NCBI GenBank assembly: GCA_964016885.1
Contig: OZ024758.1
Coordinates: 6,510,001-6,574,000, forward strand
Length of the DNA: 64,000 nucleotides
Direction: 5' to 3'
Origin: Eledone cirrhosa
Lineage: Eukaryota
The translations under genes and the position numbers were made by a program. Shown here in pieces: positions 15,009-28,829 of this stretch (within the stretch, counting starts at the first letter, position 1; each line of letters starts with the position of its first letter). The notes under the pieces are model-generated. The model was not told the origin of the DNA and ran no database searches. It saw only the letters and a list, made by a program, of their open reading frames with translations.

Positions 15009-15405
15009 AAAAATGTAGAGACATCAATCAACATATTACCGTTACCATTAAAGCCAGTGATAGAAATGTGGGCAACTTAAGAATTAAGGAAGCCTTGCTC
15101 ATACGTAGACTCAACCCGCAAATAATAATAGGTTAGTAATCAGCACACAGTACTTGATATAAATAGACACACACACACAGGTGATTAAATCAATCACAAT
15201 ACTTAACTGGTACGTTACATTATCGGCTTTGAAAGGCGAAATTGACCACGATAGAAGTCACCCTGGATCTGAATACAGGGAAATATTTTACCTGACGTTC
15301 TAACGACCAATCAAATATATCTATATATATATGTGTGTGTGTGTATGTGTATGTGTGTGTATATAATTAAAACCCAGTGAGCTGTGTGGTTACTGTAAAC
15401 AAAGT

Positions 15406-15558
15406 GTAAGATAGTAATATGGCCGTAAACAAGAGAAGAAGCCCTTCATCAGCTCTTGACTGCAATCATAGATGTGTTGAGCGCCGAAACATCTATGATC
15501 ACAGTTAATAGCTGATGAAGGGTTTCTTCTCTTGTTTACGTCCATATTACTATCTTAC
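15406..15558. repeat. Imperfect ~150-bp palindrome containing CTGATGAAGGG
   Basis: gtaagatagtaatatgg...atcatagatgt pairs with acatctatgat...ccatattactatcttac. Confidence 0.75.
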
Positions 15559-15701
15559 TCTCTCTCTTTCTCTCTCTCTTTCTCCCTATATATATATAAT
15601 ATAAGAAGCCGTGATAGGAGATAGATATATAAGATACAGCTATAGTAGATATATATAAGAAACAGCGGTAGGAGATTTATCTAAATAAGAAGCAGTGATA
15701 G

Positions 15702-15748
<47 letters not shown>

Positions 15749-15818
15749 GGGGTAACACATTATTTTTATAGGTAGTCCACCTTTTTTGTATAGCAAACCG
15801 TGTCACTCTTCTTTCCTG

Positions 15819-15863
<45 letters not shown>

Positions 15864-15989
15864 GAGAGAGAGAGGGAGGGAGAGAGAGGGGTGTGTGTGT
15901 GTGTGTATAAATTGGGTCGACAAATATGAAATTTATAGAAATTTGTTCTTTTTCTAGAAATATCTACAAATTTCATACTTGACGACCCA

Positions 15990-16069
<80 letters not shown>

Positions 16070-16549
16070 TAATTGTCTTTTTCCACTGCATTTACTTCAA
16101 TCAGGTAATCTGCGTTATTTGGTTAATTGCTTTCAAATAAGATATTAACTTCTACCAACAATAATTATTCAATAAAAAGAAATGTGTAATGGGTGTTTTT
16201 TTTTTTAGATTTTGACATTTTAAGTCATTTTTTTCTCCCTGAACATAAACGGGAATCAGAAGAATGTGATAATATAAGCAGTAAAAAACTGTTGAAATAT
16301 ATTTTATTATATGCTACAATTGGTTAGCAATGGTACCACTGGATAGTTTCCAACTTAATAATTGTTGATTGTGAAAGACGACGGTGGAGGGGAAGAGTGA
16401 GTGTCTGTATTCCGATATAAATCCATTATTGACCGAGGATATACACATGCAAACACACAAACACACACACAAACACACGCGCACACACACATATATATAT
16501 ATATATATATACATTATATAAATATATTATTGTGCGTTTATATAAATAA

Positions 16550-16590
<41 letters not shown>

Positions 16591-16594
<4 letters not shown>

Positions 16595-16649
16595 AACGAG
16601 TAGGACCCCGACGGCTGAGCTCAAGCCGTTTCGACGGCTAATTCTGGAC

Positions 16650-16692
<43 letters not shown>

Positions 16693-16748
16693 ACTCCAGA
16701 ATTAGCCGTCGAAACGGCTTGAGCTCAGCCGTCGGGGTCCTACTCGTT

Positions 16749-16752
<4 letters not shown>
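16591..16752. mobile_element. Family B inverted pair carrying the 3' half of a hammerhead
   Basis: Arms 16591-16648 and 16695-16752 surround (TA)n. GAAAC-GGCU(UGAGCUC)AGCC-GUC forms stem III plus a GUC triplet. Confidence 0.7.
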
Positions 16753-16811
<59 letters not shown>

Positions 16812-16837
16812 ATTCTATGAGAATCCAGCTTCTATAA

Positions 16838-16928
16838 TTTTCGGCGAAAGCAGGGGAGTACGTGGTTCTAATGAACGCCAACCAGCGTGAAACAGACTGA
16901 CAGCTTCTCTCCCTTCTTTCGCCGAAAA
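16838..16928 (+). ncRNA. Decayed hammerhead inside a short inverted repeat
   Basis: CUAAUGA-ACGC(CAACCA)GCGU-GAAACAGACUG-AC, enclosed by TTTTCGGCGAAAG..GGGAG and CTCCC..CTTTCGCCGAAAA. Confidence 0.5.
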
Positions 16929-17721
16929 GAAGTAAGTGACATAGTCACTACTTTAAAACTGATAGCGTATAGTCTTCTAAATGTTTTTAATTAAACATAC
17001 GGTATATTGCCAAATATACTATACATACATTCATATATATATATATATATATATATATAAGGCGGGCCTCCGCATAATTTCAGCCTATTAATTTTTCCTG
17101 GCAGATTATGATCGAAGCTGTTCCAGATTATGTTTGCATCCGTAATCACGTGGTTCTAAAGAAACCTTATTACTTATACAGCCATGTCTATACTTAATCG
17201 TAATAAACTTTGAGAGATGTAAGAGAAGATAGTTGTGATCGATCATAGATCGATCGAAGTGTTGAGATAATTGCTGTGGGCTGTGATTTTATTGCACTAA
17301 ATGAGTAGTTGTCCTTTCGCTATGGCGTCGGATTAATTAAGGCTCTGAGTGGAATTTGGTAGACAGAAAATGAACGGAATTTACATATATACACGTATTA
17401 ATATATGCGAAAGATAAATAGAAAAAACAAAGCAGACAACACGGTACAAGGAAGAAATTTATTAGTTTACAGTAGGGTTTTTTTACATTTACGACACTAG
17501 TGCTTTATTAAATATATAATAGTAATAATTGTTTCTACATTTGGCACAAGGCCAGCAATTATCCCAGTACATTACTGGTACTTTATTTTATCGAACCCGT
17601 AAGGATGAAAGGCAAAGTTAACCTCGGCGGGAATTGAACTCAGATCGTAAAGGGACGTAACTATGCTGGAAAGCATAATCCAACGCTCTACTGATACTGC
17701 CAAATATTAATATTAATTAAT

Positions 17722-17795
<74 letters not shown>

Positions 17796-17838
17796 ACTCA
17801 CACATATATATAACTCACACATGTCTCTATTTGTACTC

Positions 17839-17944
17839 CTGAAGAAGGACTTAAGACCGATACGTCGAACTTTCTTTCCTCTTTCCACTATAAAGCGTGA
17901 AACTAATAAGACTTTTGTATCTCTGTTTGTCATCTCCTTGAACT

Positions 17945-18015
<71 letters not shown>

Positions 18016-18117
18016 TCAAGGAAACAACAAACAGAGATACAAAAGTCTTATTAGTTTCACGCTTTATAGTGGAAAGAGGAAAGAAAGTTCGACGTATCGG
18101 TCTTAAGTCCTTCTTCA
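17839..18117. mobile_element. Tail-to-tail inverted pair of hammerhead-like cassettes around (CA)n(TA)n
   Basis: 17840-17947 is the reverse complement of 18010-18117. Each arm begins (C)UGAAGA-AGG...CC-GAUAC-GUC. Confidence 0.65.
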
Positions 18118-18139
18118 TATATATATATATACATAGATG

Positions 18140-18305
18140 TATTTCCGATGTATATCGGGAGGTGACGACAATTGATAAAGGTACTCAGTACGTTAGTAGA
18201 GTATAAGCATATTTATTTTATTATAGAAATGACCTCTACAAGACTAGAACTGTTTGATTTCTTACGAATGAAACAGTTCTAGTCCCGTAGATATCATTTC
18301 TATAA
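18140..18305. mobile_element. Family A cassette, inverted arrangement
   Basis: Hairpin ttatagaaatga...ctagaactgttt / gaaacagttctag...tcatttctataa, with a reverse-oriented tail containing gtactca. Confidence 0.65.
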
Positions 18306-18429
18306 AAAAATAAACTCATCTTTATTATACATCGTAGAGACTTCTGGGCAATAAGATGTACAATGACCCATACACCTGTAGAATCTTCCACAGCAGATCC
18401 CGCGGAACCCGATCGTATTCTGAAACAAG

Positions 18430-19235
18430 CATACACCTCTTAGCAATACTCCTCCTATGTCTCGAGGGCCAGCCCTCGAGGACCAGCCCTCGAGGACCAG
18501 CCCTCGAGTGAATATTTCGTCGGCTGTGTTGCGTCCGGGGCAAAACTACACTGTTGGTCAGCTAATTTGGACGTGACAATACCCTACGCCTCTTTGCAAA
18601 GACTTAGTATAGACTTTTCCTGGGATGATTAACAAGGAGATAGCTCTATAATTAGAGCAATCGCTTGTCCCCCTTTTTAGAAAATATGTCATTGCCAGGG
18701 TCAGCCATAGAATACCTTCTCTATATAAAGTTTTTAACATCTCAGGCCGAGCTCTGCAATTAGAACAATCTCTTGTCCCCCTTTTAGAAAATTGAGATTA
18801 TCACTGCCACATGTCATTGCTAAGGTGTCTTTCCATGGTCAGCCAGAAAATACCTTCTGTATATCAAGGCCGAATTAACATCTCAGGCCGAATTTCACCC
18901 TCCCCAGAGATTTTCCACATTCGAGCTCTTTAACGGCTCTGGTGAACTCAGACAAGTTAGTCATCGTTCCCGAAGGAACCACATCTACATCAGAAGATTT
19001 TGAGACTAGGTTTATGAGATTAGCAAAGTATTTTCTTCTTTCTCACGAGAATACACTTCTCTAAAGACAGAAGAATCCCAGACGCGTTCCTGATAGCAAG
19101 TGTGGAAGAGGACTTCTTATTATGAAGTCAGTGGGTGGTGTACCAGCACACTATATTTGCTGATCTGATGTCAGATTCCAGCTTAACCCACAAATCTTCC
19201 CATGTCTTAATTTTACTGTCTCAGCAGGCAAACAT
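18430..19235 (-). mobile_element. Degenerate RTE-clade LINE fragment, same family as 56150
   Basis: KRGTSDCSNYRAISLLIIPGKVYTK, with an internal short duplication. Confidence 0.8.
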
Positions 19236-19262
19236 ATATACACAATCAGACACACACACATA

Positions 19263-19308
<46 letters not shown>

Positions 19309-19459
19309 TGTACATACATACACATATATATATATACATATATATATATATATGTATATGTATATGTGTGTGTGTGTTTCTGTATACAGACACACATACA
19401 TATATATATATATACATACACATATATATATATACATACATATATATATATATACATAC

Positions 19460-19695
<236 letters not shown>

Positions 19696-19696
19696 A

Positions 19697-19746
<50 letters not shown>

Positions 19747-19862
19747 ATATATATATATTATATATATATTATATATATATTATATATATATTATATATAT
19801 ATTATATATATATATTATATATATATTATATATATATATATATATATTATATATATTATATA

Positions 19863-19965
<103 letters not shown>

Positions 19966-19981
19966 TATATATATATAATAT

Positions 19982-20031
<50 letters not shown>

Positions 20032-20520
20032 GTAAAAGTAAAACCATAAGCTAGCAACCAGGCTTAACATAAAAGAAATATGGACACTGTAATATATCCA
20101 TATCTTCACTTAAAGAAATTCTCCTATCTTCAGATTGACGTTGGTTTATTTCAAGTCTCTGAGGAAAAGATTTCAAGTGAAAAATCAATATATCTTGGTT
20201 TATCTTTTATTGATATATTTAGGGATTGTCAAGTTGCCTGTATTGCCAATAAAAAGGGACACATGAACCATATGATTTTCACGTTATCTTTATTATTAGT
20301 TATTCGTTAGTTCGTTAAACTTCTTTCGTCACATTCTGTGACCTCCTCAGTGATTATCTGTTCTCTTTTGTGCCTTTTCTTCTTTCTAGTTTTCGTTTTT
20401 CGTTTGTTTGTTGTTGTTTTTTGTGATTGTTTTGTTTTAATGGTAGTTCCTAGCAAATAAAATTAATCCTATATCCTGATATCTTGCCAAAATGAAACGA
20501 TTTTTAACTATCCCTATAAT

Positions 20521-20770
20521 TCTTCTTCTTCTTCTTCTTCTTCTTCTTCTTCTTCTTCTTCTTCTTCTTCTTCTTGGCCCACTTATTCGTGGGGCCAGAG
20601 TCCTTAAACACTCCTCCCAACGGCTCCTGTCAGAAGCAACCGTCTCCAACTGATTCGGTTTGATCCCCAAACAGGACGAGCCAAGTTCATGGATGTTATC
20701 CAACCATCTCACTCAGAGTCTACCCCTGGGTCTCCTGCCGTTTCACCCCAAACATGACCAGCCAAGCTTA
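20521..20770 (-). mobile_element. RTE-like LINE 3' end with (AAG)n tail
   Basis: RWLDNIHEL...ASDRSRWEE followed by (GAA)n on the minus strand. Confidence 0.7.
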
Positions 20771-20776
20771 TGGACG

Positions 20777-22350
20777 TTACACTGTACAATATTGGGGTTC
20801 TTTATCCTCTCTCTATCCTTCCACTGTACACTATTGGGGTTCTTTATCCTCTCTCTATCCTTACACTGTACAATATTGGGGTTCTTTATCCTCTCTCTAT
20901 CCTTCCACTGTACACTATTGGGGTTCTTTATCCTCTCTCTATCCTTCCACTGTACACTATTGGGGTTCTTTATCCTCTCTCTATCCTTCCACTGTACACT
21001 ATTGGGGTTCTTTATCCTCTCTCTATCCTTCCACTGTACACTATTGGGGTTCTTTATCCTCTCTCTATCCTTACACTGTACAATATTGGGGTTCTTTATC
21101 CCCTCTCTATCCTTCCACTGTACACTATTGGGGTTCTTTATCCTCTCTCTATCCTTACACTGTACAATATTGGGGTTCTTTATCCTCTCTCTATCCTTCC
21201 ACTGTACACTATTGGGGTTCTTTATCCTCTCTCTATCCTTCCACTGTACAATATTGGGGTTCTTTATCCTCTCTCTATCCTTACACTGTACAATATTGGG
21301 GTTCTTTATCCTCTCTCTATCCTTACACTGTACAATATTGGGGTTCTTTATCCTCTCTCTATCCTTACACTGTACAATATTGGGGTTCTTTATCCTCTCT
21401 CTATCCTTACACTGTACAATATTGGGGTTCTTTATCCTCTCTCTATCCTTCCACTGTACACTATTGGGGTTCTTTATCCTCTCTCTATCCTTCCACTGTA
21501 CACTATTGGGGTTCTTTATCCTCTCTCTATCCTTACACTGTACAATATTGGGGTTCTTTATCCTCTCTCTATCCTTACACTGTACAATATTGGGGTTCTT
21601 TATCCTCTCTCTATCCTTACACTGTACAATATTGGGGTTCTTTATCCTCTCTCTATCCTTACACTGTACAATATTGGGGTTCTTTATCCCCTCTCTATCC
21701 TTCCACTGTACACTATTGGGGTTCTTTATCCTCTCTCTATCCTTACACTGTACAATATTGGGGTTCTTTATCCTCTCTCTATCCTTCCACTGTACACTAT
21801 TGGGGTTCTTTATCCTCTCTCTATCCTTCCACTGTACAATATTGGGGTTCTTTATCCTCTCTCTATCCTTCCACTGTACACTATTGGGGTTCTTTATCCT
21901 CTCTCTATCCTTCCACTGTACACTATTGGGGTTCTTTATCCTCTCTCTATCCTTACACTGTACAATATTGGGGTTCTTTATCCCCTCTCTATCCTTCCAC
22001 TGTACACTATTGGGGTTCTTTATCCTCTCTCTATCCTTACACTGTACAATATTGGGGTTCTTTATCCTCTCTCTATCCTTACACTGTACAATATTGGGGT
22101 TCTTTATCCTCTCTCTATCCTTACACTGTACAATATTGGGGTTCTTTATCCTCTCTCTATCCTTCCACTGTACACTATTGGGGTTCTTTATCCTCTCTCT
22201 ATCCTTACACTGTACAATATTGGGGTTCTTTATCCCCTCTCTATCCTTCCACTGTACACTATTGGGGTTCTTTATCCTCTCTCTATCCTTACACTGTACA
22301 ATATTGGGGTTCTTTATCCCCTCTCTATCCTTCCACTGTACAATATTGGG
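20777..22350. repeat. 42-bp tandem satellite, about 37.5 copies
   Basis: Unit cctt(a/c)cactgtaca(a/c)tattggggttctttatcc(t/c)ctctctat. It explains the three 538-595 aa ORFs. Confidence 0.97.
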
Positions 22351-23851
22351 ATCATGTATACTATGGATAGATCATTGGCTGAATCGGTTCATTATATTTG
22401 ATGAATGTACAGACACATCGATATTTAAAACTTCTGGATATGTTTAAAACTTCTTTCAATATCTCGCATTGTATGTATATATTTATATATATGTATATAT
22501 TTATATATCTATCTATCTATCTAAGGCGGGTAAAATTCCCGAGATCTATGGACGAGTTCTCTCCAGCGGTCTCTGTCCCTCATTATCGCTGCCATATCCT
22601 GCATCTCCAACAGACCAGTGTCTGTCCTTAGGGCATCAACATATGTTAACCTTGGTCTTCCTCTTCTAGTGTGTCCATGTATATATAGAGAGAGAGAGAT
22701 TGATAGATTCGTTAAAGAAGTATAACCATATAAGAAAGTAACTATTTTGATACATACTATATCTGGTCTGTGTCTATGTACTTACATACATACATGGTGG
22801 CTGCCAACTCGTTTTCGAGTACGGCCACTACTTTATATCCATGTAGGAAAACCAATACATACATACCTACATACATACATACATACACACATACATACAT
22901 ACAACATACCTAGCTATATTCATACACACATACATACATACATACAACATACATACCTACATACAACATACATACCTACATACAACATACATACCTACCT
23001 AGCTACATACATACACATATACATACAACATACACACATACATACATACCTAGCTACATTCATACACACGTACATTCATACATACATACATACATACACA
23101 CATACATACACACATATACACATACATACAAACATACATATACATACATAATACATACATGCCTATATATATGTATATATACATACCTGCACAGACACAG
23201 CTACATTCATACATACACACCTACATACATAAATACATACACACCTACCTACATACATACATACATCATATACATGCATATATATAGATACCTACACAGA
23301 CAAACTTACATACATACATATATACATACACACCTTCATACAAACATACATACATACATGCACACACACCTACTTACATACATAAACACCTTCATACATA
23401 CATACACACCTACTTACATACATACATACACACCTTTATACATACACACCTACTTACATACATACATACATACATAGATACATACATACTTACATACACA
23501 CCTACTTACATACACACCTACCTACATACATACATACACACCTACCTACATACATACACAACTACCTACATACATACACACCTACCTACATACATACACA
23601 CCTACTTACATACATACATACACACCTACTTACATATATACATACATACACACATACATACATACATACATACATACATACATACATACATACATACATA
23701 CATACATACATACATACATACATACATACATACATACATACATACAATCGTGTGCATGGGTGTTGATATACATATCAACGAGAAAATTGGCGGTAATTGC
23801 ATCGCACAATATATATGTGTATATATATACATATATATTTATATATACATA

Positions 23852-23897
<46 letters not shown>

Positions 23898-24213
23898 TTT
23901 ATATATATATATATATATATATACATATATTTATATATATATATATATATATATACATATATTTATATATATATATATATATACATATATTTATATATAT
24001 ATATATATATACATATATTTATATATATATATATATATATATATACATACATATATAATATATATATATATGTATATATATATGTATATATATATATATA
24101 TATTAGTATATATATATATGTATATATATACATATGTATATATATATATATATTAGTATATATATATATATATATATTAATATATATATTATGTATATAT
24201 ATATATATTAGTA

Positions 24214-24245
<32 letters not shown>

Positions 24246-24699
24246 TAGTATATATATTATATATATATATATATATATTAGTATATATATTATATATATA
24301 TATATATTAGTATATATATTATATATATATATATATATTAGTATATATATATATATTAGTATATATATATATATTAGTATATATATTATATATTAGTATA
24401 TATATTATATATATATATATATTAGTATATATATATATATTAGTATATATATTATATATATATATATATTAGTATATATATTATATATATATATATATAT
24501 ATTAGTATATATATTATATATATATATTAGTATATATATGTATATATATATATTAGTATATATATTATATATATATATATATTAGTATATATATGTATAT
24601 ATATATATATATTAGTATATATATGTATATATATATATATTAGTATATATATGTATATATATATATATTAGTATATATATTATATATATATATATATTA

Positions 24700-24759
<60 letters not shown>

Positions 24760-27134
24760 TATATGTGTGTGTGTGTAAATATACATAATATAATATAATG
24801 TCGTAATTTAATATTGAAAAGCATTTTGTATGGAACTCATTTTAAATCTGAAGTTATATTGTCTGTTCGTCAACATTTCTTGTTTATTTTGTCTCTGATC
24901 TTTTTATTGATTTACATTCTTGTTTTTGCTGCATTTTGTTTTGCGTTTTTATGCATATCACCTTTGGCGAGCTGGCCTTTTGTATTAATGTCATTATTTG
25001 ATTGATTGTGGAAGTTAGTGAAAAGAACTACGCTTTTGTTAATGTGAATTAATTTGGATGATTCTAGATTAGTGTTTGCTATTTTTTTTTCTTTCAATTT
25101 CTCATATATCACAGATTCCTCGAAAGACTTAAGATAAATTAATACTACAAGTTTCAACTCATACATAAGTATTAACTGGTTCTAGCACAGTTGCATGTGT
25201 AACTTTTCACACGCCATTTTCCCGATCTTGTTAAGATTTTATAGCACAATCCTGAAGTATTAATTTGTATACATTTTCTCAGTGATATAACGGAAAAGGT
25301 AGCTTAGTGTAGTTGTATTTTTATCATTTCGACATTATAACCGACAATACTTTTCACAAAAACATGCTTAAGAGGGTTTTATTCTATATCTAAGCTTTCT
25401 TTTTACCAAATGGGAATAAATATATTATTTTATATCATGATTAACATTCTTAGAGAATTCCTTTTGCTGGGTGTTTATCGCTTTCCTTATGAAATAGAGT
25501 TATTCTTACTTTATAATTCCTTTTTCTTCTTCTGAACTCCAATGTTCGTATCTATCTCTAAAGTCCACACACATAGAACATGGTAACAACAAACTCTGTC
25601 GCCAACCTGATTGCTAAATACATCTGCCAATAAATTAGTTGCTGTCGGGATGTTTTCACCCTACATTTTTCCTTGATTACAGAAATGACTGCTACTAATT
25701 ATATTTAAAACCACGTAGTCAATGTATTCACCTTCTTTCTTGGTGTTATACCTTCAATAATTGCTTTCTCAAATCAGCTCTAAATTGCTGCTCAACATTT
25801 CACAAGCAAATATTTCCTCTGCCTGTTTATTCCTGCAACACTGCCTCTTCAAATATTTTCACCAATAAAATTCCACGTCCACATTTCGATAGCTTAGGCA
25901 TTGTGTGCAGGCTCTACGTCACCATTTCCTGTGCAGATAAAATAAAGTACCAGTCAAGTATTGGGGTATATTTAATCGACTATTCTCTATTCTCCCTCCC
26001 CCTACTCACCAAATATTTTCAATTATGCCTAAAATTGGATCAGAAACCGTAATCAGGAATTCAGACCAATTCCTGTGTTTGAATGGATTTAAAGTGAGAA
26101 AGGAACTGAAATGATAAAAGACCATAACCAAATATCAAGTGGTATTTTGTCTAATGCTCTAAAGATTCTGTCAATCCACTAACCTTTTTAAATGAATTAT
26201 AATGATTCAAATAAATATTAATGCCGACCTCAGTTGAAGATGAACTTTTCAAGAGACGTGGTGAAGCAAAATCTTATCTAGCTGTCTAAAGCTTCTGGCA
26301 CTCCATCCCCTTAGAGAAAACTGAATAAACAATAAAACTAAAAGAGCAATTGGTAAAAACATAATAGGTTAAAGTGTTACATATATTAAAGATCAACGAC
26401 TCCTGAGATTAACTGGAAATATAGGAGCAGAAAATCGAATACGTATCAGCCTGCGTGTATTGTTTGCGAGGTTTCGATGCAATAAGACTTTCATGTGAAC
26501 GAGTACAGTTGTGTGTGCGTAGGGTTTTTATATTGTAGTGTTTCTGTGTGTATGGTTGCATGTGTGTTTTTTGTGTGTATGTGTGAGTGTGTGTATGTGT
26601 GTGTGTATGTGTTTGTCTGTGTGTGTGTGTGTCGGTATGTGTGTGTATGTGTATGTATGTGTGTGTGTTTGTGTGAGTACATGTGTGTGTCTGTGTATGT
26701 ATGTGTGTGTGTGTGTGTGTCTGTGTCATTATATGTGTGTGTATATGAATGTGTGTGTCTGTGTCTGTGTGTGTACCGGTATGTGTGTGCGTCTATGTAT
26801 GTATGTGTGTGTGTGTGTCAGTGTGAGTATATGTGTGTGTATATGTGTATATGTGTATGCCTGTGTCTGTGTGTGAGAGAGTGTGTATCGGTATTTGTTT
26901 GTAATATCTGGGTCTGTATGTGTGTGTGTGTGTATATGTGTGTGTCTCTCTGTGTGTCTGTACGTCTCTGTGTGTGTATGTATGTGTGTGTCTGTATGTG
27001 TGTCTGTATGTCCGTGTGTATATGTGTATATGTGTATGTGTGTATGAGCAAAATATTACATCAAAGGTCATTGAAGTTATATAAACTGTGAAATTAGTTT
27101 ATAGCAAGTAAAGGTTGGCAAGCATCCACAATCT

Positions 27135-27614
27135 ATCTAATCTAAGGCGAGTAAAATTCCCGAGATCCATGGACGAGTTCTCTCCAGCGGTCTCTGTCCC
27201 TCATTATCGCTGCCATGTCCGCATCTCCAACAGACCAGTGTCTGTCCTTAGGGCATCAACATACGTTAACCTTGGTCTTCATCTTCTAGTGTGTCCATGT
27301 AGGGGCTCCCAAAGGAGTACTAAGTGCAATGTCAACTCTGGATGTCGGTGAGCATGCCCAGCTAACTTCAGTCCCCTCTGTATCACTTTTGAGCTGACTT
27401 TTGGGATGCTCCCATACAGCTCTGAGTTTTTCATCCTCAGTGTATACTGATTAATGTTCAGAGCCATCCTCAGCATTCTCGTGTAGCACCCATCCACCAT
27501 CTGAGGGAGTTTCTTGGTCAGTGTCCAAGTCTCAGACCCATACAGCAGCACAGACTCCACTACAGCAATGAAGAGGCGGATTTTCAGGTCTCTACGAAGG
27601 TCCGACATCCACAA
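27135..27614 (-). mobile_element. RTE-like LINE 3' end; its last ~160 bp recur at 22520-22680
   Basis: LKIRLFIAVVESVLLYGSETWTLTKK...MLRMALNI, with an (AGAT)n-type tail. Confidence 0.85.
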
Positions 27615-27969
27615 TTAGCGAATTAAAAGGATCTCTATTCTTCTTTGGTTTCTGTGCATTGCATAACCTGAAGTCATTTCAGTACTAATAATAACAAAAA
27701 CTGGTTAAATGTAAAATGCTATCTAAAGGGAATATTGAACGAGTTATTTGAGTGGTAAGATTCCCGGCTATAGAAATTGAATAGAGCTATCGGAAATATA
27801 TGCTATTTTCAAAAATACACAGTGACTGATCGGCCTGATTTGCATATTAGTACAGTGAGCTGTACTGATGAAGGGTGATACCCAGAAACATTAGTGTCTG
27901 CAGTTCTGTTCACATGCCAACACAAGAGCAAGAATGAAGGGTTCATTCTACTGACATGGCTATAAAATT

Positions 27970-28760
27970 GCTTAGGGGTATCTGACGGACATTTGAGACC
28001 CAAATGTCCATCAGAGACCCAAATGTCCGTCAGATACCCCTAAGCGGCCACCTGGCAACGTGTGGTCAGGGAATATTTATAATATTCCCATTCTACAAAT
28101 TACACAGCCCAAGTGAAATCAAGAGAAAAATCAAAGAAAAGAATTTTATTGATAAATTCAAACCCAAGCTAAATGAACAATAATAACGCCTAGGGGTATT
28201 ACTTCTACTACCACTATGACCACGACCACTAACAACAACAACAACAACAATAATAATAATAATAAAAGTGATGTTGATGGTGATGATTAATAGAAAATGC
28301 TATTTTCATCATTTCAAAAAGCAAAACAATTGATACGTTGGGTATGACTATTGGTCGTTAGCATGCTCAACCAGCCGTGACGTTTAAACCAATCAGCTGT
28401 AGTAATTCAGTGAAACTACACACTGATTGGTCGAAATACAGTTTACAGGGCTTTGCATTCTGGAGCCACTTTTCTCTGTATAAAATGTATAAAAGGTAGT
28501 AAATTTACCCATCTCATTACAGTTGAAAATTGCAAACTCGACTGTCACCACATATGAACCTGAAGATTGCGAAAGCATGAAAGTACTTGTTCAATTAACA
28601 CTTAGAATTTAATATTCTATCATACTATTTCATTATAATACCATATTATATATATTTTAAAGGATTGTAAATAAAACGAGTAAATCAGACAAAGTTGGAA
28701 TTCCTCTTATTAATATAATCTTCTATACACAATCATACACACCCGTGTATATTTACCTAT
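27970..28760 (+). mobile_element. 5'-truncated Penelope-like retroelement: inverted 5' segment, GIY-YIG endonuclease C-terminus, 3' UTR with hammerhead, ending in (TA)n
   Basis: 28010-28183 translates IRDPNVRQIPLSGHLATCGQGIFIIFPFYKLHSPSEIKRKIKEKNFIDKFKPKLNEQ*, with the E..I..F.P.LN ending of PLE GIY-YIG domains. 27970-27995 is the exact reverse complement of 28020-28045. HHR at 28555-28593. Confidence 0.8.
28555..28593 (+). ncRNA. Minimal type I hammerhead ribozyme
   Basis: UGAAC-CUGAAGA-U-UGC(GAAA)GCA-U-GAAA-GUAC-UU-GUUCA. Perfect 5-bp stem I, GNRA-capped stem II, palindromic stem III (AGUACU), CUU cleavage triplet. Confidence 0.85.
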
Positions 28761-28765
28761 CTATA

Positions 28766-28829
<64 letters not shown>

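Noticed and set aside
20777-22350. CRISPR-like regular array
   Set aside because: Head-to-tail units with no unique spacers, in a eukaryotic context.
20660-22447. Three 538-595 aa ORFs, one hydrophobic
   Set aside because: All are translations of the 42-bp satellite, with no splice or domain context.
27861-27897. Hammerhead-like CUGAUGA-AGGG...CCC-A-GAAAC
   Set aside because: Stem II is plausible but stems I and III do not pair; at best a decayed copy.
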